NCBI GenBank assembly: GCA_051382295.1 | Contig: JBBCAW010000052.1 | Coordinates: 21,940 to 85,939 of the forward strand | Reading direction: 5' to 3' | Source: Bdellovibrionota bacterium FG-1 | Lineage (GTDB): Bacteria > Bdellovibrionota > UBA1018 | DNA length: 64,000 nt | In this document: one piece after another, positions 29,007-36,253 of the stretch | Position numbering within the stretch: the stretch's first letter is position 1 | Layout of the letters: each line of letters begins with the position of its first letter | Position numbers and translations under genes: made by a program | Notes under the pieces: generated by a model | What the model saw: the letters and a program-made list of their open reading frames with translations, nothing else | Told to the model about the DNA's origin: nothing | The model's database searches: none

Positions 29007-31046
29007 TCAAAATTTCTGCGCAGCCACATCAAAAAGACGAGTCATCATCGTGCCCGGATCAAAAACCCGGACTTTGCGACGGATACTGCCGCCGGAGGTT
29101 GGAGAATCAACCTCAAGCTCGCGCTCCTCGGAGGCCGCAACCACGACTTCCTTAATTTGTTCTGGACTCGCTTCTGGATAGCGGGCCGCCAAAGCCGCAG
29201 CCGCGCCTGAAATTGCAGGCGTCGCGCAAGAAGTTCCGCTCGGACAAAGATCGATATACGACTCATAGGCATAAACATCCACCCGTTCACCGTAGTTAGA
29301 ATACGCTGCGATCCGGTCATCTAAAATCCCCTGCTTGAGCGCGCCCACGCAAAGAATTCGCGAGTCGACTCGTTTAGCAGGAGGCACATCACTCAGGCAA
29401 GCTGAAACCGAAGATTGCTCGACTGCCACTGCGCCATTTCCGGCTGCCATGACCCAAAGCCAAGGGGCACGAAGCACGGCGTCTTCGTGGTGAGAACTCA
29501 CCAAAAAGGGTTGAAGTGGAAAAATGGCAGAAATCGAAACAATTTTGGGCCGAACCGCGGTAGCGGGCGCAAGGGCCTGGGAGATCAAAGCATCTTGAAA
29601 GGAAAGCGGACTTTGCCAATTACTAAAAGCCTCCCAAGGTGCGGCAAGATAATTGCGGATACTATTGGTTTTCCAAACCGCCAAATCGAGCTTCCGGTCC
29701 TTCAACACATCAGGTGCAAAATGAGCGAGCGTTGTCAAAATCGTCGCGGTCGTTCCTGAACCATGGCCATCCATCCCTCGAGCGGGGAGATAAGGATTCA
29801 AATCATCGTCACCATAATCATAGGAGGCGATGGATCCGTTTTGCCCATTTCCCAAAAACAAACCCAGCTCAGGATACCGCACAAAATCTAGGCCAGTGTC
29901 CAACACCGCCACTCGAACCGCATCGACAGAGGGAGGCGCATGAACTGGGGCTTCTGGATTGTCCTTATCCAGCCACTGTTGATAAAATTTACGCTGTTGC
30001 GAAACCAATCCTACGCCACCGCCCATTTCCGCTAAAGTTTGTTGGAGAATATCGAAAGGGTTTTCGCGAACCCCAAGGGGCACAGTTTCTCGTCCTTGAT
30101 CTGGCGAAACCGCAATGAGCGCCAAGGGATGGAGCATCGAAAGGGGAAGATTCTTCAAGTTGTTGGGCACTTGTAACCCCGCAGCGAGGAGAACTTCAAC
30201 CACGCGTGCTCCCGTCTCTTCGCCGGTCAAATCCTCCGAGGTATCCCGAAGACGCAACAAGAGCTGCCAACGAGAGTTTTTGCTGGCAAAATGCTCAAGC
30301 ACGGACCGATGAGCATCTACTGCCAAAAATACCCGAGCTTCAGCCTCTTTGAGGGCATGGTAGCGTCGATGAGCAAGCCTGACTACCTCGTCGAGTTCGA
30401 AGTCACGATAGCTTTGTCGAACGTTAAAGGGCGACGGGGCCTGCCCCAATCTCACTTGGATAAGCCGTTCAAGAGGCATAAAATGGCTATTCAAAAAAAC
30501 TTCAAGATCCCCATCACTCAACTCCGACAACGCGGCTTGGGCGGAGGTCATGGCAAAAGTTTTATAATAGATGAACGCGTCGAATGCCAGATCGGCGGAT
30601 TTCATTTGGGCACGAACGCATTTGCCAAACTCGATCAGAGCAGCCGTCCAAACCGCTTCGGAAGCACCTGCCGCCACGACTGAAACGAAACCACAGGGAT
30701 CGGTCGCGACGTCCGCCTTGATTGAAGTGACGGCGCTCGAAGCGCTGGACGGTCCTATGGCTTGGGTCACATCTAGCGGGTCTTTAAAAATGTCTTTTTC
30801 GATTTGCCCCTCGATTTGCCGAATGAGCAGCCCGGAACGCAAATTTTGAATCGTGTGATCCATGAGAACCGCATCATGCGCGGCATCAGAAACGGACGTC
30901 GTCGAAGGCGTCTGTGAGCTACAGGCTGCCAAAGTGCTCACACTGGCAAACCCAAGAGCCCAAACCCAGTCACCTAATTTGAGCGTTTCATTTGTTTGTA
31001 ACAAGTAGACCTCACTTCTAGTCTGGCTTTGTACTAAAAAACTCAA
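29007..31046 (-). CDS. S8 (subtilisin-like) serine peptidase, probable lipoprotein
   Basis: Triad motifs VAVLDTG, GHGSGT and SGTSCATP, plus AAGNG; lipobox LAAC. Confidence 0.85.
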   Translation of the reverse strand: MSFLVQSQTRSEVYLLQTNETLKLGDWVWALGFASVSTLAACSSQTPSTTSVSDAAHDAVLMDHTIQNLRSGLLIRQIEGQIEKDIFKDPLDVTQAIGPSSASSAVTSIKADVATDPCGFVSVVAAGASEAVWTAALIEFGKCVRAQMKSADLAFDAFIYYKTFAMTSAQAALSELSDGDLEVFLNSHFMPLERLIQVRLGQAPSPFNVRQSYRDFELDEVVRLAHRRYHALKEAEARVFLAVDAHRSVLEHFASKNSRWQLLLRLRDTSEDLTGEETGARVVEVLLAAGLQVPNNLKNLPLSMLHPLALIAVSPDQGRETVPLGVRENPFDILQQTLAEMGGGVGLVSQQRKFYQQWLDKDNPEAPVHAPPSVDAVRVAVLDTGLDFVRYPELGLFLGNGQNGSIASYDYGDDDLNPYLPARGMDGHGSGTTATILTTLAHFAPDVLKDRKLDLAVWKTNSIRNYLAAPWEAFSNWQSPLSFQDALISQALAPATAVRPKIVSISAIFPLQPFLVSSHHEDAVLRAPWLWVMAAGNGAVAVEQSSVSACLSDVPPAKRVDSRILCVGALKQGILDDRIAAYSNYGERVDVYAYESYIDLCPSGTSCATPAISGAAAALAARYPEASPEQIKEVVVAASEERELEVDSPTSGGSIRRKVRVFDPGTMMTRLFDVAAQKF

Positions 31047-31168
31047 CTTTGCGCAAACTAATTAAATCAGGTATTTACCGCATCAATCTCCTCGATTTTA
31101 ATAACAATTTCATCGACTTATTATTACTCATCGAGTCAGCGGCTTTTTTGTGTTACGATGGCGCCAAT

Positions 31169-31528
31169 GGGCCCGTTCTGGTTTCGACGGGAGTATCGAA
31201 GTCCCAGATGCGTGTCGAGGTGACGCAGGCCTCGTAAAAAAGCGTCAAAATGTAATTGGCACTGCTGATTACGCAATGGCCGCTTAATCGCTAGTCGATT
31301 CAAGCACCACGTTTTACCTGAGTTCTCCCATGACCCAGGCTAAAACGACATTCAGTGGGATAGTCCTTGGTTTCTCGCAGATGGACCAGGGGCGAAACTA
31401 AAGTCTGCGGAGATGAAGTGAACTTTGCCGGTGGAGGTCACGTCATTTATCTAAAACACTTGCTACACACGTAGATTCTGGCGATGGAGTGCCTCCGGAC
31501 GAGAGTTCGATTCTCTCCGGGTCCACCA
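31169..31528 (+). ncRNA. ssrA: tmRNA; tag reading frame 31258-31287 encodes (A)GTADYAMAA
   Basis: 5' GGGCCCG..GGTTTCGACGGG pairs with 3' CGGGTCC-ACCA with a G3-U wobble. T-arm GAGAG-TTCGATT-CTCTC. The tag ends YAMAA-stop. Extended -10 TGtTACGAT lies upstream. Confidence 0.97.
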
Positions 31529-31538
31529 ATCTTGGAAC

Positions 31539-31570
31539 GGCTCTCACAGAGGAATCTGTGGGAGTCTTTT
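31539..31570 (+). terminator. Intrinsic terminator after ssrA
   Basis: 12-bp stem GGCTCTCACAGA-GGAA-TCTGTGGGAGTC followed by TTTT. Confidence 0.75.
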
Positions 31571-31936
31571 CATTTCGGGTTGTTAGGATTCAAGCAGTTA
31601 CGAGTTCATAGCAGCTTCGACATTTCCCGGTCAGTCGCGAGATTTCGGGAATCTCCTATTTCTTTCCTACATTCTTCCTACTTTTCGGCCCGCTTCAAGC
31701 CGTGCGCAGCACGGAGAAAAGGCGGGAATATGTAGCGCAAATCAAATCGTAGAAATGAAAAAGCCCAGGGTTGCCGCCCCAGGCTTTTCAAACTTTACCG
31801 TCATCAGCTCCTACTCTTAGCAGATCGGGAAGCTGAATCTTTGAACTAACCGAAGTCGCATTGATGCGGCTTCTGGCCGGTACATCTCCATTCTTAATGA
31901 GACGTGCCGCCACTGTCAACACGAATGGAGATCAAC

Positions 31937-32779
31937 ATGAATCAATCACCGTGCCCAATAATTGCCGTCACGAATCAGAAGGGCGGAGTCGGAAAAACGA
32001 CCACCGCCATCAACCTCGCACAAGCACTGGCGCTGCAAGACTTGCGCGTGCTGCTCGTCGACCTTGACCCCCAAGGCAACGCCACTCAGGGCGTTGGCAT
32101 TCGCCTGGAGACGATACAGGGCTCGATCTCGGAGATGATCCGCGACCGCGCGCTCCCTACCGACCGCGTGATCTACAAGGGTGACGGTCTCGACCTGATC
32201 CCTGCGACACCCCTGCTCTCGCGTGTTGAACGCGAAATGACCTCGCTGACCAACTCCGAGCTGCGCCTAGCGCAACGTCTTCAGCCGCTTCGCACGCAAT
32301 ACTCGGTGATCGTGATTGATACCCCGCCAACATTCGGACCGCTCATGAATTCGGCCTTGAATGCAGCAAGTCAGCTTATCGTGCCGGTGGATTCAAGCTA
32401 CTTCGCGCTTATGGGCATTAAGGAGCTGCTGACCGAAGTTGAAGAGATCCAGCGTGGCACCAATCCTCGGCTCACAGTGCTGGGCTACCTCCTGACGCTT
32501 GTCGACCCAACGAACATCGCGAATCAAACCTGGGACACGCTGGTTGGTAACTTCGGCCCGGCGGTTTTTGAAACCAAGATCAAGCGGTCGGTGAAACTTC
32601 GTGAAGCGCCCGCGTTAGGCAAGACGATCTTCCACCATGCTCCTGAGAGCACGGGCGCGAAGGACTACCTCGGCCTCGCCAACGAGGTGATGACGCGCCT
32701 CGGGATTGGTGAGGTCTCTTCTGATTCGAACTACCCCCGCCCTGCCCTTGCAGTGATCCAAGGAGCGGCACATGAGTAA
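31937..32779 (+). CDS. parA: ParA/Soj-family partition ATPase
   Basis: NQKGGVGKTTT, VDLDPQGNAT, IDTPP and SVKLREAP..GK motifs; RBS GGAG. Confidence 0.93.
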   Translation: MNQSPCPIIAVTNQKGGVGKTTTAINLAQALALQDLRVLLVDLDPQGNATQGVGIRLETIQGSISEMIRDRALPTDRVIYKGDGLDLIPATPLLSRVEREMTSLTNSELRLAQRLQPLRTQYSVIVIDTPPTFGPLMNSALNAASQLIVPVDSSYFALMGIKELLTEVEEIQRGTNPRLTVLGYLLTLVDPTNIANQTWDTLVGNFGPAVFETKIKRSVKLREAPALGKTIFHHAPESTGAKDYLGLANEVMTRLGIGEVSSDSNYPRPALAVIQGAAHE

Positions 32780-34286
32780 AGCTGATCTAAAAGCCGCGAT
32801 GGAGTCCCTACAAGTCAAGAAGCCGCTCAAGCTCCAGGACAAGCACCCGCAGTTCAAGGTTCCTGCCACTATTTCGGACCCCACCTGGGTTGCTGGGGAA
32901 ACCCAGGTTGATCCAAGACCCCAGGTTGCTGTGGCAACCGAGGTTCCTCTACAAACCAAGGTTCCCGTAGCAACCCCGGTTGCTGCACCGACCGAGGTTG
33001 CTGGAACAACCCAGGTTCCCGTGAGAACCCCGGTCGCTGTACAAACCCGGGTTGCGCCACCAACCCAGGTTCCTACAGAAACCCAGGTTGCTGAGCAAAC
33101 CCCGGTCGCCATGGAAACCCTGGTTTCCGTACCGACCCCGGTTCCCACACCAACCCAGGTCGGCACACAAACCCCGGTTCCTGGAGCAACCCAGGTGATC
33201 ACCGAAGGGGACGGCACGCGAAGCGCTAGCGACCAGGACAGCTCGGTCACGCTCGAAGCCCAGACGGCGCCGAAGCTCCACCAGGGCTACACGCGGCTCC
33301 CCAACAGCATTCTCATGCGTATGGCCGCCGGTGATCTGATCCGAAGCGAGATGCAGATCCTGCTTTTGATCGCCCGATTCACGATCTCGTTTCAAAAGCG
33401 CTACGCGCCGTTGTCAAAGACGGTGCTGGAGCGTCAGAGCGGCCTGCGTGGACCCGCCATTCTCCAGGCCATCTCTGATCTCCAGGCGAAGGGGCTCATC
33501 GAAAAGATCCCCGGTGACCAACACCGGCCAAATCAACTTGGCTTGGTCTTCGAGGACGAATGGGAGTTTTTTTCAAAATCCAAGGCCGCAACCACCTCGG
33601 TTCCTGCACAAACCCAGGTTGCTCCAGCAACCCAGGTTCCTGTGGCAACCCCGGTCGCTGCGGGAACCCCCGCCCCGGTTGCTGTACCGACCCCGGCGGG
33701 GGTTGCTCCAGCAACCCCCTTTAAAGATATTCTAAAATATAAAAACAACTCTCTCTCTGAACTTCCGGCGCAATTGCAGAAATACTTCGGTGAACTCAAG
33801 CCCGCGAAAAAGAGAGATGGCGAGTGGCAGGCTTTTCAAAGCCTTCAGGGGGACTATCAGGCCGAAGACATTTCGGAGTGCCTGGAGCTGTTGCAGGAGC
33901 GAGGAATCAAGCGCCGAGGGCCAAACGGCGAAGAATCGCAGCCGTGCCATTCGCCAATGGCTTACCTCTCGAAGGCGATGAGCGATATCTTCGGCGAAGT
34001 CGAATTACGCAGGCAGAAGGTTCGCGAGCGCATCGAGCGGGAGCAGCGGGACACCGAGGCCGCTCGGGAGCTGCAGGAAAACGACGAACGCGAAGCCGCT
34101 GAGTGGGCGGTGAAAGAGCGGGCCTTTGCCGAAGCTCTACCCGAGGAGGATCGGCAGCACGAAGTGATTGCCGGATTGCTTGGAAATATGCCGTTTCGAC
34201 CGAACAGTCAGGTTGGGCGGCGAATGGGCGTAGGCCTTTGGTGGGACGGTCTCTCGGAAAACGAGCGTCTGGAAGTCTTGGGGTAG
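32772..34286 (+). CDS. Putative replication initiator with a lambda-O-like winged-helix domain flanked by repeat arrays
   Basis: GYTRLPNSIL....DL...EMQILLLIARFTISFQK....LS...LERQSGL....I..AISDLQAKGLI resembles the phage replication protein O N-terminal domain; overlaps the parA stop. Confidence 0.7.
   Translation: MSKADLKAAMESLQVKKPLKLQDKHPQFKVPATISDPTWVAGETQVDPRPQVAVATEVPLQTKVPVATPVAAPTEVAGTTQVPVRTPVAVQTRVAPPTQVPTETQVAEQTPVAMETLVSVPTPVPTPTQVGTQTPVPGATQVITEGDGTRSASDQDSSVTLEAQTAPKLHQGYTRLPNSILMRMAAGDLIRSEMQILLLIARFTISFQKRYAPLSKTVLERQSGLRGPAILQAISDLQAKGLIEKIPGDQHRPNQLGLVFEDEWEFFSKSKAATTSVPAQTQVAPATQVPVATPVAAGTPAPVAVPTPAGVAPATPFKDILKYKNNSLSELPAQLQKYFGELKPAKKRDGEWQAFQSLQGDYQAEDISECLELLQERGIKRRGPNGEESQPCHSPMAYLSKAMSDIFGEVELRRQKVRERIEREQRDTEAARELQENDEREAAEWAVKERAFAEALPEEDRQHEVIAGLLGNMPFRPNSQVGRRMGVGLWWDGLSENERLEVLG
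32883..33206. repeat. Array 1: 18 exactly phased 18-bp units with palindromic core AACC-NN-GGTT
   Basis: Units start at 32883+18n (n=0..17) with no indels. Confidence 0.95.
33594..33719. repeat. Array 2: four 18-bp units and two 24-bp variants of the same motif, followed by an AT-rich tract
   Basis: ACC starts at 33594, 33612, 33630, 33648, 33666, 33690 and 33714, then TTTAAAGATATTCTAAAATATAAAAACAA. Confidence 0.9.
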
Positions 34287-34452
34287 CAGCAGAAACGATC
34301 AATCAGCCACGGTGTCGGGCGGATTATTAAGCGACTCGCGCAGCAAATCCCGCATGCATCAAACGAGATCGATTTGGAAACCAGTTTCTGCCCGTAGAAT
34401 ATCTGCGACGCAGAAGGTCAGCCACCTCACTGAAATAACTATGGAATATTGT

Positions 34453-34497
34453 TTGACGGCCTGTCAGTCATTGCTATAAATTGCCGTCTGCTGGCAA
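34453..34497 (+). promoter_or_regulatory. Sigma70 promoter of the BREX operon with two overlapping or adjacent palindromes
   Basis: TTGACG-16bp-TATAAA with extended TGn; TGAC-N5-GTCA (34454-34466) and TTGCC-N7-GGCAA (34481-34497). Confidence 0.65.
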
Positions 34498-34529
34498 AGT
34501 TTGTCCAAGATTTCATCTCAGGGGGATGA

Positions 34530-34790
34530 GTGACGATGACTCATGACGAGATCCTTACGTTACCGGAGGTCGCCGAATTACTGCGCATCGCGGAGAAGAC
34601 TGTCTACTCCCTTGCGCAGAAAGCCGAGCTGCCGGCGTTCAAGGTGGGCGGGCAATGGCGCTTCAGTCGAGCGGCAATTGACTCCTGGATACAGGGACGG
34701 ACATTGCCGCAGACGTTTGTGCCTAGAACTACGGGCAAAGATGTGCTGGCACCGGAACGCGCCAACGCTAAGCCACGGAGCAGGCAATGA
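34530..34790 (+). CDS. Excisionase-like (HTH_17) DNA-binding protein
   Basis: ILTLPEVAELLRIAEKTVYSLAQKAELPAFKVGGQWRFSRAAIDSWI. Confidence 0.9.
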   Translation: MTMTHDEILTLPEVAELLRIAEKTVYSLAQKAELPAFKVGGQWRFSRAAIDSWIQGRTLPQTFVPRTTGKDVLAPERANAKPRSRQ

Positions 34791-35656
34791 CTGTCATGAA
34801 CGACGAGGCTGCATCATTTCATGCGGGATCGGAGAAGACGGATATAGGAGCCCACGGCATGGAAAAAGATGCACAATCCACCCGGCATTTAGGTCGCGAC
34901 ATCGACATCTACAGCGCCCGTAACAGTTCAAAAGGTGCGCTAATCGTTGAGACCCGGGCGGTTTTCCATGCGCTTGCAAACGGCAGATCGCTCTCTCAAG
35001 TTCGAGACGCTTGCCACTCAGGAAAATTATTACGCCAATCGGCGCGAGAAACGAGGGGTCGCATCTGGGAGGCGATCCACTGGAGATTTTTTGCATGGAA
35101 TCCACCAGCGTGGGTGATCGCCGATCTTTGTCATGCGTCAAGCAGTGACGCCACGTCGTCAGCTTTTGTTGGCCTTGTATATCTTCATAATGCCCGACGT
35201 GACCGCCTCACGTTCGACTTCGTGACGAACGAACTCTATGCTCTCCGCGCGAGTAACAAGAGTGAAGTACGTCGAGACCGTGTTATCGACTTCCTTGCTA
35301 ATGCTTCCGACTCTCCAACTACACGCTGGCGCGAGAGCACACGGATAAAGCTTGCCGGCAATGTCCTGACCGCCCTGCGGGACTTTGGGCTCCTCACAGG
35401 CGTACAACGAAAGCTATTAAATCGTCCGGTCATCCCAATTGAAGTCGCGCTTCATTTGTGTCGGCTTCTCTCCGCTGAGGGATTAAGGGGTCGCGCACTT
35501 CTGGAAGCTCGGGACTGGCACCTCTTTTTCTGGGAACCACACGACATATCACTTGCTCTAGCGCAGCTCGCCCAGCGTGGCGATATCCGCTTTGAACGAT
35601 CGGGACGTACAGTCATGCTAGATATTCCCGAGCATCCGCAGGGAGCGACCCCATGA
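34787..35656 (+). CDS. brxA: BREX protein BrxA (DUF1819)
   Basis: YSAR..KGAL..ET, DRLTFDFV and W.ESTRIKLAGNVLTALRDFGLL motifs; first in the BREX order. Confidence 0.8.
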   Translation: MTVMNDEAASFHAGSEKTDIGAHGMEKDAQSTRHLGRDIDIYSARNSSKGALIVETRAVFHALANGRSLSQVRDACHSGKLLRQSARETRGRIWEAIHWRFFAWNPPAWVIADLCHASSSDATSSAFVGLVYLHNARRDRLTFDFVTNELYALRASNKSEVRRDRVIDFLANASDSPTTRWRESTRIKLAGNVLTALRDFGLLTGVQRKLLNRPVIPIEVALHLCRLLSAEGLRGRALLEARDWHLFFWEPHDISLALAQLAQRGDIRFERSGRTVMLDIPEHPQGATP

Positions 35657-36225
35657 GTGTCGCGGGAGATTGGGAATGGAAGCTACGCGAAGCAGTAGAG
35701 AGATTGCGCACTCGCTACGAACACATCGGTCGCAAAACCGGCGCCCCCTTTCTCGCGGTCGTCTATCCGCCAGAAGTTGAGAAAGCGCTATTCAAGGAAT
35801 GGCGAACTCTAGCTGCGACGCTTGAGCCGGAGTTATCAATCCGAACAGTAGATGTCCTCGACGTCACATCAAGTATAGTCCGACAGTTCGGCGTGGACGC
35901 CCTCGTTGATTCGATGAAGGAACCGATGCCTGGTTCAGATCCAACATCGGAACTCGGATCGATGTGGACCAACGCCGTAGCAACAAGTGTCCGCGAAGCA
36001 GCTCGAAAGTCAGGAAGCGCCCGTCCGGTGGTAGTGCTGGAGAGGCTTGCAGCCCTATATCCCGCGTCAGGTCCACGCGCGCTCATGCAAACACTTTGGG
36101 ATAGCGACCATGCCGCACTAGATGGGCCGGTTGTCCTATTCATTCCGGGATTACTCTTGGAAGCCCGTGTGTATCGTTTTGTCGGACAAATTGAGGAATT
36201 CATGTATCGAGGCGACATCCTATGA
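35653..36225 (+). CDS. brxB: BREX protein BrxB (DUF1788)
   Basis: PFLAVVYPPEVE, LAALYP, PVVLFIPG and YRG motifs; between brxA and brxC. Confidence 0.8.
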   Translation: MSVAGDWEWKLREAVERLRTRYEHIGRKTGAPFLAVVYPPEVEKALFKEWRTLAATLEPELSIRTVDVLDVTSSIVRQFGVDALVDSMKEPMPGSDPTSELGSMWTNAVATSVREAARKSGSARPVVVLERLAALYPASGPRALMQTLWDSDHAALDGPVVLFIPGLLLEARVYRFVGQIEEFMYRGDIL

Positions 36226-36253
36226 TGTCCGGCAAGGAACGAGGAGAAAAGCT

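Noticed and set aside
31049..31735. ORFs 31049-31237 and 31484-31735
   Set aside because: They overlap the tmRNA, its promoter and its terminator, and have no protein motifs.
32883..33206. CRISPR array
   Set aside because: The period is only 18 bp, there are no spacer-length unique segments, the array is in frame within a gene and no cas genes are present.
32615..33799. Minus-strand repetitive ORFs (211, 148, 88, 72 and 64 aa)
   Set aside because: They are shadows of the palindromic, stop-free arrays in the plus-strand rep gene.
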